A DNA stretch of 64,000 nucleotides from an uncultured Spirochaetota bacterium. GTDB lineage: Bacteria > Spirochaetota > UBA4802 > UBA5550. The stretch's first letter is position 1. Each line of letters begins with the position of its first letter. The translations under genes were made by a program, and so were the position numbers. The stretch covers positions 32,001-96,000 of the forward strand of contig CAWHAA010000002.1 of the NCBI GenBank assembly GCA_963827275.1. Reading direction: 5' to 3'. The notes under the pieces are model-generated. The model saw nothing but the letters and a program-made list of their open reading frames with translations. It searched no databases and was not told where the DNA came from. Below are positions 44,016 to 53,152 of this stretch, piece after piece.

Positions 44016-44369
44016 TTACCACCTGATCGCCTTAATCTCAACCTTGATATCCCGTATCGACGGTAAGGGGAATTTTTCATGTATAAATTTCAATATACAG
44101 TCCTTTCCCATCATTATCTCATTGGCATACACGGAATGATCAGCCGCGATAAACAATATTTTTTTAAAAATCCTGTCAGGTTTGCTATGGGTCGATATTA
44201 TGTCTCCAACGATCGTATGCCATTGTGACACTAAATCTTCAATTGTAAACGATTTTTCAAGCTCAAATTCATGAATTATATCGGGCAGGATACTCTCGAA
44301 TGAAACGACAGTATTCTTCCTTTTTTCATTCACCCTGAATTTCATGGCATCAACCTTTAAAACATTCAT
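44016..44369 (-). CDS. dciA: DUF721 / DciA-family protein
   Basis: W..IVG..IS.HS.P..L.I.A..SVYANE motif; position after recF. Confidence 0.8.
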   Translation of the reverse strand: MNVLKVDAMKFRVNEKRKNTVVSFESILPDIIHEFELEKSFTIEDLVSQWHTIVGDIISTHSKPDRIFKKILFIAADHSVYANEIMMGKDCILKFIHEKFPLPSIRDIKVEIKAIRW

Positions 44370-44461
44370 TACTGCCGCCGGACAGTATAAAAAAGACGGA
44401 AAAACCGCAGGGTGCCCCCTGCCTGCAAAATGAAAATTTGAATATACGCGGGTGTCAATGA

Positions 44462-45574
44462 TTATTCAGACAGTTCCCGCACCGAGGCGTAGGGTTCGAC
44501 AATAAAGCCTTTGTAATTCCCGAATTTATCCAGCTTCACCGGATCAAAATGCACCATGGTGAATAGTATCTGGTTCCCGCGGCGGAGAATATCTATCATG
44601 GCTGAACGCCTCTTTTCATCAAGCTCTGAGAAAATATCATCAACGAGGATGATCGATTTTTTCCCTTTTTCCTCCTCGATGACAACGCACTCGGCCACCT
44701 TGAGGGTAACGGCGGCGGTGCGGCGCTGCCCCTGCGACGCGTAGTTGGTGAACCGGTTGCCGGCGCTGTTCTGGAGGACAAAATCGTCACGCTGGGGACC
44801 GATGCCCGTGGAGCCCAGTACCATGTCCCTGCCTCTCATCGCTATCAGCTTTTCATGGATTGCGGCTGCATCGTCAGTTCCGGTCGTGCTGAAATATTCG
44901 ATGTAAGGAGGCTCGTCATCCGGTGCTATGCTCGCATACATCTCGCGGAATATCCTGTTGAACGTCACGATGAAGGCAAGCCGCCTGCTGATTATGCTGC
45001 CCGCCTTCTCGCTAAACAGCGTGTCCCACACATCCAGCTGGTGCAGCTCCCTGCTGTCGCTTCGTATTTTTTTTAAGAGCGCATTCCTGGAAGTGAGAAT
45101 TTTTTTAAATTCATTGAGTGTAACAAAATACGATGCGTCAATCTTCGATATGGCGCTGTCAAAAAACCTTCGCCGGTAATCGGGCGTCCCGTTGATGATG
45201 GTGATATCCCCGGGTGAAAGCACGACCGTCAGGAGCCTGCCGTAATAATCGCCCGCGCTCCTGATCTCCTGCCCGTCTATCTTCAGCCTCTTTTTTATCT
45301 TATCCGACTGCGCGGAGCACCCGATTTCGAAGAGCCGGTCCTCGCTGTCACCGACCGACACGGAACAGTAATACGCATCCTCGTTCCAGCGCACCAATTC
45401 AGCATCATGGATGTTACGGAACGTTTTAATGTTTGACGCCACGGATATGGCTTCAAGGATATTTGTTTTCCCGACGCCGTTATCGCCTATGATGAAATTG
45501 ATTTCAGGTGAAAAAGATATAGTTAAGTTGGCATAATTTCTGAAATTTTTTAGTGTCAGATCCTTTATATACAT
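44462..45574 (-). CDS. recF: DNA replication/repair protein RecF
   Basis: NFRNY, GDNGVGKTNILEAI, ASQGQ, DDIFSELD. Confidence 0.96.
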   Translation of the reverse strand: MYIKDLTLKNFRNYANLTISFSPEINFIIGDNGVGKTNILEAISVASNIKTFRNIHDAELVRWNEDAYYCSVSVGDSEDRLFEIGCSAQSDKIKKRLKIDGQEIRSAGDYYGRLLTVVLSPGDITIINGTPDYRRRFFDSAISKIDASYFVTLNEFKKILTSRNALLKKIRSDSRELHQLDVWDTLFSEKAGSIISRRLAFIVTFNRIFREMYASIAPDDEPPYIEYFSTTGTDDAAAIHEKLIAMRGRDMVLGSTGIGPQRDDFVLQNSAGNRFTNYASQGQRRTAAVTLKVAECVVIEEEKGKKSIILVDDIFSELDEKRRSAMIDILRRGNQILFTMVHFDPVKLDKFGNYKGFIVEPYASVRELSE

Positions 45575-45631
45575 GGTGTTTCTGATATGATACGTTATCA
45601 CAATCGCATGAGCACAACAGGGGTGGAACTA

Positions 45632-46765
45632 TCACTCATTCTGTGACGACTTAATCTGAATCGGCATGATGATTGAAATATAGGCGTCATCATTCGCTGG
45701 CACAATGGTGACCGGGCTCATCTGTCCGGTTATGCCGCACCTGATGGTATTCGAGTCAACCTCTTTCAGCGCTTCAATGAGAAACTGGGCGTTAATACCG
45801 ATCGAGATTTTTTCATCCTTGCTGGAAGTGACCGCTATCTCCTCCTCTGCCTCACCCAGCTCGGCGGCGCTTGCCTGCATGATTATCTTGTTCTTCTGGA
45901 TATTCATTATGATCTTGTTGGCCGGCTCCCTGGTAAATATCATCGCCCTCTTGACGGAATCAAACAGCTTCTTGGTCTCAATTTCAATATCAAACATGTA
46001 CTCTTTTGGAAGGACCTGGCGGTAATTCGGAAATTGCCCGTCGACGATTCTCGAAATGATTTCGGTATTCGCTATTTTGAAGAAGCACTGGTTATTATTG
46101 TATGAAAACCTGCATGTTCCCGATGACTCGAGCAGCCGGTACACCTCGTGCACAGTTTTGAGTGGGATGATGATCCCCTCGCCGAAGCTTATATCCTGCT
46201 TGATATTCCTCGTTATAAACGAAAGCCTCCTGGAGTCGGTGGACACGGCTGATACCGAACCCTTCGCATTCGAAATAAAAAAGATGCCGTTGAATACCGG
46301 TTTGATTGTGTCGCTCGATGCCGCGTAGATGACCTTCCTGATCATCTCCTTGAGCACGCTCTGCTCGATTTCAATGGAATTCTCCTCCATGAAATGAGGT
46401 ATTTCAGGAAATTCATCAGCCGACAATCCTATGAGGGTGTAATTACCCTTCACGTCTTTTGATTTTGAGTGAATATTGATTGAGAAGGAATCGCTGACAT
46501 TGACATCAAGTTCGTCATTGGGGAGTTCTTTTAATATACTGGAAAATTTTTTCCCGTTTGCCGCAAACGATACTGCTTTATCAGACCGGGCCGCAACGCT
46601 GGTGCGTATGGCTATCTCGTTGTCCGTTGAGACGATCTCAATCGTGTTCTTCGACACGTTGAAAAGGCAGTTCGCCAGGATGGTATTAATATTTTTTGAT
46701 GAAATGATAGAGTCGGCTATATTTATAGATTTCAGCAACGATTCCTTGTCTATGGTAATTAACAT
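45632..46765 (-). CDS. dnaN: DNA polymerase III beta clamp
   Basis: STDSRRL, SRIVDGQFPNY, IMPI; follows dnaA. Confidence 0.96.
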   Translation of the reverse strand: MLITIDKESLLKSINIADSIISSKNINTILANCLFNVSKNTIEIVSTDNEIAIRTSVAARSDKAVSFAANGKKFSSILKELPNDELDVNVSDSFSINIHSKSKDVKGNYTLIGLSADEFPEIPHFMEENSIEIEQSVLKEMIRKVIYAASSDTIKPVFNGIFFISNAKGSVSAVSTDSRRLSFITRNIKQDISFGEGIIIPLKTVHEVYRLLESSGTCRFSYNNNQCFFKIANTEIISRIVDGQFPNYRQVLPKEYMFDIEIETKKLFDSVKRAMIFTREPANKIIMNIQKNKIIMQASAAELGEAEEEIAVTSSKDEKISIGINAQFLIEALKEVDSNTIRCGITGQMSPVTIVPANDDAYISIIMPIQIKSSQNE

Positions 46766-46779
46766 TACGAGCTCCTTCT

Positions 46780-47010
46780 AATACACTATATAATAATTTA
46801 TTAATAATTAGCTGCAGTAGTAGTGAAAAAAATTTGTTAATAAGCTCAGAACTACTGATAAATCCAGTAAGTAGCGAATTTCCCCCCTGTTGATAAATAA
46901 TGAAACCATAAAAGAAAATTACAAGAATTATTTAAAAAACAACAAATGATGAACGGAGGCGCACCGGCGGACGATGTTGTCAACAGGGTGCCTGGCGAAT
47001 GTCCACACGT
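46780..47010. other. oriC sub-region between dnaA and dnaN (degenerate DnaA boxes, DnaA-trio-like repeat, AT-rich tract)
   Basis: TGTTAATAA (~46835), TGTTGATAA (46888-96); minus strand reads TTATTAACA..CACTACTACTG..TAATTATTAATAAATTATATA. Confidence 0.6.
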
Positions 47011-47012
47011 TA

Positions 47013-48362
47013 TTAACTTTTTAATTCAACGATAAGATCGTCGATGATCTCCTTGAATTCGTTGTTGCTGTTCATGTCTTCGATGATCTTGTTGCACGCG
47101 TTAATGACGGTCGAATGATCGCGGTCGCCGAACTCTTTTCCTATATCAGTCGTGGTCATACCGGCGAGTTCGCGCGCCAGGTACATGCCAATGAAGCGCG
47201 GCTGGATCAACCTGCCATGTCTGCTTTTTGATTTAAGGTCTTCAACGGAAACGTCGAATTTTGCGGATACCTTGTTTATAATATCGGTAACCGATACCAT
47301 CTTGTTCGAATCGACATCGAAGAGCTCTTTCAGGTTGATCTTGACATTTTCTATGGTGATCTCGCTTCCGGAAAACATGGAAATCATTTTCAACTTGCTG
47401 ACCGCAGATTCAAGGGCGCGTATATTCGATTTTATCCGGCGCGCGATATAGCTGAATGCCTCGTCGGATATGATTAATTGTTCCTTTTCAGCCTTGTTCC
47501 TCAGTATTGCCTCGCGTGTTTCAAGGTTCGGCGCCTGGATGTCGATGATCATCCCCCATTCAAAGCGCGTCCTGAGCCGGTCGGCAAGGGTGGCTATCTG
47601 CTTGGGTGGACGATCGCTTGAGATGACGATCTGCTTTTTATTCTCATGAAGCGAATTGAAGACATTGAAGAATTCATTCTGCGTCTCTTCCTTGTTTTCG
47701 ATGAACTGAATGTCGTCAATCAGCAGCAGGTCCACGTGGCGGTATTTGATCTGGAAGCTCTCCTGGGTCCTGTTGCGGATGGCGTTGATGAATTCAGATA
47801 TAAAATTCTGCGTTGAAACGAAGAGTACCTTGAGGTACGGTTTTTCCTTGTTGATATAATGGCCGATCGCCTGGAGCAGGTGCGTTTTGCCGAGACCCGT
47901 TGAACCGTAGATAAAGAGAGGATTGACCTGGGTACCCGGGGCCTGCGACACGGAATAGGCCGCGGCATGGGCGTACTGATTGTTGGGACCGATGACGAAA
48001 TTTTCAAAGGTATATTGAGGATTAAGCGTTGATTCGGTTATCATCTGGTCTCTCTTAAACACCTGGGTGTTCTGTGCCGTTGCGGCCCCGGACCGGGGAT
48101 CGGCCTGATCCGGGACAAAGCCATTTGACGTAACGATCTCACAGATGTAATTCTGTCCTGTGATCTCTTTGAGCTTGGACGAAATCTGCGTTATATATTG
48201 CTCCGTGATATGCCGCCGCGTCACTTCATCCATTACTTTTATCTTAAAGATATTTTCAGTAATTGATAATGGCTGCGTATCTTTCAACCACATATTAAAA
48301 GATTGCTTATTAACGCTGGATTCAAGTGATTCCAGCACGGTATTCCAAATTTCTCTGGGCAA
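47013..48362 (-). CDS. dnaA: Chromosomal replication initiator DnaA
   Basis: YTFENFV.GPNN, GSTGLGKTHLL, DDIQF, RDHSTV; TTG start. Confidence 0.98.
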   Translation of the reverse strand: MPREIWNTVLESLESSVNKQSFNMWLKDTQPLSITENIFKIKVMDEVTRRHITEQYITQISSKLKEITGQNYICEIVTSNGFVPDQADPRSGAATAQNTQVFKRDQMITESTLNPQYTFENFVIGPNNQYAHAAAYSVSQAPGTQVNPLFIYGSTGLGKTHLLQAIGHYINKEKPYLKVLFVSTQNFISEFINAIRNRTQESFQIKYRHVDLLLIDDIQFIENKEETQNEFFNVFNSLHENKKQIVISSDRPPKQIATLADRLRTRFEWGMIIDIQAPNLETREAILRNKAEKEQLIISDEAFSYIARRIKSNIRALESAVSKLKMISMFSGSEITIENVKINLKELFDVDSNKMVSVTDIINKVSAKFDVSVEDLKSKSRHGRLIQPRFIGMYLARELAGMTTTDIGKEFGDRDHSTVINACNKIIEDMNSNNEFKEIIDDLIVELKS

Positions 48363-48369
48363 AATATCC

Positions 48370-48830
48370 CCCTGAAATTATCCACAAATGTTAATAACGT
48401 TGTGTATAAGTATATTAATGTTCAGTATGATAAATTTTATTAAACATTTATCTGATTCATATAGTTTTTTAAGAATAATTATAAATGGGCATACTTGAAA
48501 AAATCTCCGATCATCAGGAATACAGATTCACAGGGAATGCACCAGAACCCATGAGCCATTGTGACCCTGAAGCCTGCATAAGATAAAATTTTTCATGAAT
48601 ATAGCACGAAAAACATTGTTTAGTGCATGAATTCAAGAAATGTGTTCATGAATATTATGTCTTGTTGATAGTGGAGTGAATTATTTTTGGCAAGAAATTA
48701 ATACATGAATTCTTTTTATAAAATAAAATTTTTATTAATTCTTTATATAGCTTTGATAACCTGTGGATAACTGGAATAACTTGTTAATAACCTGCCTGAA
48801 AATTGTGCATAAGTTATGGATACCGTTTTC
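48370..48830. other. oriC region upstream of dnaA with DnaA-box clusters
   Basis: TTATCCACA 48378-86, TGTTAATAA 48389-97, TGTGTATAA 48401-09, TGTGGATAA 48762-70, TGTTAATAA 48782-90, TGTGCATAA 48804-12; AT-rich 48711-50; flanking genes point away from it. Confidence 0.88.
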
Positions 48831-48951
48831 ATCGCACATTACCGTTGAAAACTATATCAACGGGTGTCATTTTTGTTTTTTACAACAAAAATGGTCGACA
48901 TTATATTAAAATAGTATAATTATAATAATTTGTTTCGCTGTGATGCAATAC

Positions 48952-49818
48952 ATGGCAAAGAAAAGCGTCAAATTATACAGCACTGAAGATATAACCAGGA
49001 CCTATGAACAGGTTCATGACCTCCTGTTGACCAGGTATATCATAAAGACCTATTCAACCAATAAAGAAGATATCCGCGATGTCGCGCTCAGGAAATTGAA
49101 GCTGAACAGGGTAAAACGGGTGCTCGAGCTCGGGTGCGGGTATGGGTTTTTTATCGAGAAACTGAAGGGCATTCTCCATGATGATGCGGTGATCATCGGG
49201 ATGGACATGGTCGAGAACAACCGTGAACCCTATCTTCATTCTGTTGCGTCAATAAAATACAAGGGAGAGTTTATTACGGGAGATGCAGAAATCATCAGGC
49301 AGATGCCGCGCGCATCTTTCGACCTGATCATTACCAGCTATTCCCTCTATTTTTTCCCTTACCTTATCCCGGAGATAGCCAGAATTCTCTCTCCCGATGG
49401 CATGTTTGTCGCCATAACACACAGCAAGAATACCCTCCGTGAGATGATGGGTTTTATCACCGCATGCATGAATACCCTGGGAATACAGAATCATGATGTT
49501 ACGGTTCTCAACAAGCTGTTCCTTGCTTTTTCACTCGAGGAGGGCAGGGAGCAGCTGGAAAAATATTTTGCAGATGTGGAGCGGCTGGATTTCAACAATT
49601 CGATGGTCTTTGATGAAGCGCATATCGATGACCTGCTTTATTATATCAAAAAAAAGAAGGTCCTCATATACAAGGAAGTCATGGACCTGATACCTGATAA
49701 GATGAGCGATATGGAGCGATGCGTGGAAGACAAGATCATCGAGTATTCGCGGCGGCACGGGTCATTGTTGCTGACCAAGGACGATGCCGTTTTCAGGTGC
49801 AGGGGCCCGTTGAATTAA
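48952..49818 (+). CDS. Class I SAM-dependent methyltransferase
   Basis: VLELGCGYG, FDLI..SLY, RILSPDG. Confidence 0.88.
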   Translation: MAKKSVKLYSTEDITRTYEQVHDLLLTRYIIKTYSTNKEDIRDVALRKLKLNRVKRVLELGCGYGFFIEKLKGILHDDAVIIGMDMVENNREPYLHSVASIKYKGEFITGDAEIIRQMPRASFDLIITSYSLYFFPYLIPEIARILSPDGMFVAITHSKNTLREMMGFITACMNTLGIQNHDVTVLNKLFLAFSLEEGREQLEKYFADVERLDFNNSMVFDEAHIDDLLYYIKKKKVLIYKEVMDLIPDKMSDMERCVEDKIIEYSRRHGSLLLTKDDAVFRCRGPLN

Positions 49819-49833
49819 GGAAGAGCAGGGTGC

Positions 49834-50844
49834 ATGAAAAAAGCAAGATTGTTTTGTCCCCATTGCGGCAGCGGGATTTCAAGCAAAGACCAGGACGGGA
49901 AATCCCGGGACTATTGCACAGGATGCAATACCTTTTTCTATGAGAACCCCCTCCCGGTCGCCAGCACGGTGGTGGTGAATGACCGCCGCGAGGTCTTGCT
50001 GGTGCGCCGGAAAAAGGACCCCTACAAGGACATGTGGTGCCTGCCGATCGGCTTCGCGGAATCCGGAGAGGAAATCACCGGGGCGGCGCTCAGGGAGCTG
50101 CAGGAGGAAGCGGGCATCACGGGTGAAATCGTCCGTCTCATCGATGTGGATACCGTTGATAATTATTTTTACGGCAGCCTCGCGATCGTGACCTATGAGG
50201 TGCGGCAGACCGGCGGTACCGTGCAGCCGGGCGATGACGCCTCAGACGCACAATTCTTCCCGATCGAAGAGCTTCCCGAGCTGGCCTGGTCCTCGAATAC
50301 AAAGGCCATGAAAATCTATCTGGAGCTCTACAGGGACGCATGGGCGATGCTGGATTCTTTCAAACAGCTCTACCCGGAGATGGCTACCATTGATTCGATC
50401 GCGCAGGTCACCGACGGGCAGAGGCATTTATTATCAAACGTGCTCATAAAGATCCTGAGCTCCGATAACAAGGAGATAACGAGGAAATGGTCATACGAGA
50501 TCGGGGTGAAAATCCCGATGCTGAAAGAATATCTTGATGTTCTCCTCCCCGTGAACGGCAAAATTTTGTGGTTTCTGCAGCGTCATCTCCAGGGGAATGA
50601 CGCCGCAGGCGATTACAATGAATTCATCGAGATCGGCGCGGAGCTACAGCGGGCGGAGCTCCCGCTGCCCGAGTTGATCACGGCAATGGCGCTCAGCAGG
50701 AAGATGATCTGGACGCACGTGATAAAAAAGAAGATCCTCGCATCCCCGCTTGAGATATACACGACCCTTGAATTGAATAACCGGATTATTTTTATTTATG
50801 ATAAAATAATCTATTTTCTTGCGCGCGGGTACAGTGAGCGATGA
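49834..50844 (+). CDS. NUDIX hydrolase with N-terminal zinc ribbon and C-terminal helical (RsbRD-N-like) domain
   Basis: CPHCG..CTGC; Nudix box GFAESGEEITGAALRELQEEAG; about 170-aa helical C-terminal extension. Confidence 0.85.
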   Translation: MKKARLFCPHCGSGISSKDQDGKSRDYCTGCNTFFYENPLPVASTVVVNDRREVLLVRRKKDPYKDMWCLPIGFAESGEEITGAALRELQEEAGITGEIVRLIDVDTVDNYFYGSLAIVTYEVRQTGGTVQPGDDASDAQFFPIEELPELAWSSNTKAMKIYLELYRDAWAMLDSFKQLYPEMATIDSIAQVTDGQRHLLSNVLIKILSSDNKEITRKWSYEIGVKIPMLKEYLDVLLPVNGKILWFLQRHLQGNDAAGDYNEFIEIGAELQRAELPLPELITAMALSRKMIWTHVIKKKILASPLEIYTTLELNNRIIFIYDKIIYFLARGYSER

Positions 50845-51404
50845 CTGACCGGAAGAGATTGCTCGTACGTGGCGGGAGCATCGCTGCGGGGTATGGCGTC
50901 GCGAGGAATTACGTTGATATTATTTCGGAATCATTTCCCGGCATCGAGGTCATCAACAGGTCGCGCTGCAGGGACACTTCGTTCCAGGGAATATGGACGT
51001 TTTACGATGATATTGATGCGTTCCGGCCTGATATACTTGCGCTCCATTTCGGCATTGATGACGCGTATAATCCGGTTTATCGTTCCGAATTCAAGGAAAA
51101 TCTCGTCCAGATAGTGCGGCTGTCGAGAAAAAGATTTGATCCTGAAATAATATTATTGACCTCACACCCGTTTGATAATCAGTATGAGATGGAGATGATC
51201 TATATCTACTATCGGACCATCCGCGAGGTGGCGACCGATTGTTCGTGCGTGCTGGTCCCGGTGCACGTGTTCTGGGCGGGGGCCATCGAAGAACGGGGCA
51301 TGGCGTTACACGACCTCGTGCAGGAGGACTGCCGGTACCCTGTCGAACAGGGGCATGCGCTGTATGCTGAAGCGTTCATCTCAAAATTGTCGAACATGAT
51401 ATGA
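50841..51404 (+). CDS. SGNH/GDSL-hydrolase-fold protein with atypical catalytic blocks
   Basis: GGSIAAGYG (block I), FGIDD (block III), DCRYP..GH (block V); ATGA overlap with the NUDIX gene. Confidence 0.78.
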   Translation: MTDRKRLLVRGGSIAAGYGVARNYVDIISESFPGIEVINRSRCRDTSFQGIWTFYDDIDAFRPDILALHFGIDDAYNPVYRSEFKENLVQIVRLSRKRFDPEIILLTSHPFDNQYEMEMIYIYYRTIREVATDCSCVLVPVHVFWAGAIEERGMALHDLVQEDCRYPVEQGHALYAEAFISKLSNMI

Positions 51405-51434
51405 CCATGAATGACCATCGCAAAGGAGTCCGCA

Positions 51435-51761
51435 ATGTCCGTTATTATCAAGGATATAAAAAAGAATAACAATGAAATCATCAGGATCGAGGTTTCGGAA
51501 TTCAAGGGCCGGGATCTCATTAATATCAGGATATGGTATCAGACGATAGACAGCGGCAGCGGCGATCTCATATACAAGCCGACACAGAAAGGAGTGACGC
51601 TGAACGTTGCCGAATTTGAAGAATTGAAGGACGGCGTGGAAAAGCTGGGAAATTTTCTTCATGACCAGCTCGCAGGGAAAAAGCCGGAGCAGCCGGGGGA
51701 CGAGAAACCTTCTGCAGGAAAAAAGGAGTCCAAACCGGCACAAGACGATTCTCCCGAGTAA
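51435..51761 (+). CDS. PC4/YdbC-family ssDNA-binding protein
   Basis: EFKGRDLINIRIWY..KPTQKGVTL; AAGGAG RBS. Confidence 0.88.
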   Translation: MSVIIKDIKKNNNEIIRIEVSEFKGRDLINIRIWYQTIDSGSGDLIYKPTQKGVTLNVAEFEELKDGVEKLGNFLHDQLAGKKPEQPGDEKPSAGKKESKPAQDDSPE

Positions 51762-51821
51762 CCTGGTACCGCGCTCACATGGCGGCAGTACGAAACCGCG
51801 GAAGGAACGGCGTGGCGCGCG

Positions 51822-52970
51822 TTAAAATTCAATATTAAGAAAGGCTATATCGTCGACCCTGTTATCGAGGGAGGTAAAGGACCGAACTCCCTGCAGGAGC
51901 GCATCGCAGAACGCATCCCCGCTGATCCCGCTCTTCTCCACCATTATCTTTGCGAGCCTGTTTTCACCGAACTCTTCACCGGTATTATTTTTGATTTCAG
52001 ATATCCCGTCGGTATAGAGGAGCAGCTTGTCGCCCGGTTCGACAGAGAGCTGTTTTTCCTCATAGCAGGTGTCTTTTGCGAGCCCGATAAAGAAGCCGTT
52101 TGTGTCAAGGGCCAGGACCTTCTTCGAGGATGCCCGGTAATACAGGGCCCTGGTGTGGCCGGCGTTTGAGTAATTGATGGTCCTTGTTTTATTGTCATAG
52201 ATGACAAAGAACGATGTGATAAACTGCGTATCGAGGAGCAGTCCGTTCAACTGCTCGTTGACCGTTGTAAAGAGCTCGCTGGTGCTGGTATACCGGGATG
52301 AATAGATACTGAATATCATCTTTGCCATGGTCATGACGAGGGCGGCAGGGATGCCGTGGCCGGTTACATCTGCAATCAGGAACCCCGTCTTTTCGTCAGG
52401 GAGCTGATAACAATCGAAGAAATCGCCGCCGATGTCCTCTATGGGAAGGTACAGCCCGCTGACCAGGGGGTAGGGGATGTGGGAAAAGTCCTTGCATATG
52501 ATAAATTGCTGTACTCGTTTCGCAATCTCAAGCTCCTTGTTGAGCTGCACGTTGCGCTCGTAGAGCTCGTTATGGACGCTTTTCAGCCTCAGGAGGGAAA
52601 GGACGCGGGCGACAAGCTCTTTCTCGTTGAATGGCTTTAAGAGAAAATCATCCGCCCCGATGCGGAGTCCCTTGATTTTTGAATTGAGATCGTCTGAACC
52701 GGTGATGAGGATGACCGGGATGAAGTCATCTCCCACGGTATCCTTGAACTTGGCCAGGAAGCCAAACCCGTCAAGCCGCGGCATGACGATGTCGACCAGC
52801 ACGAGATCATATTTTTTGTTCTGCAGGGCGTTCAACCCCTCGATCCCGTCCGCGGCTTCATCAACTTTCATGTTCAGCGAAGAAAGTGTTTTCTTGATGA
52901 TGGCCCTGTTAAGCTTGCTGTCATCAACAACGAGAATGTTCCATTCATTATTTAGGTAATCGAGATTCAT
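51822..52970 (-). CDS. Response regulator with PP2C/SpoIIE phosphatase domain (RsbU-like)
   Basis: REC VDD..D..KPF; GGDFFD, ADVTGHG, YTDG, DD. Confidence 0.92.
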   Translation of the reverse strand: MNLDYLNNEWNILVVDDSKLNRAIIKKTLSSLNMKVDEAADGIEGLNALQNKKYDLVLVDIVMPRLDGFGFLAKFKDTVGDDFIPVILITGSDDLNSKIKGLRIGADDFLLKPFNEKELVARVLSLLRLKSVHNELYERNVQLNKELEIAKRVQQFIICKDFSHIPYPLVSGLYLPIEDIGGDFFDCYQLPDEKTGFLIADVTGHGIPAALVMTMAKMIFSIYSSRYTSTSELFTTVNEQLNGLLLDTQFITSFFVIYDNKTRTINYSNAGHTRALYYRASSKKVLALDTNGFFIGLAKDTCYEEKQLSVEPGDKLLLYTDGISEIKNNTGEEFGENRLAKIMVEKSGISGDAFCDALLQGVRSFTSLDNRVDDIAFLNIEF

Positions 52971-53152
52971 TAACTATCGTACCGTGTATGATGTTTAACA
53001 CGAACTATATTTATGATTGATAATATTTCAACTCATTAATTATTGGATTGAAAAATTGACGGCAACGTCACCACCATCCTATCGGTCAGCGACGCGCCAG
53101 TCGTGATACGCAGCGTACGAATCAATAAAAAATTAACGCGGCTTTATTTCAA

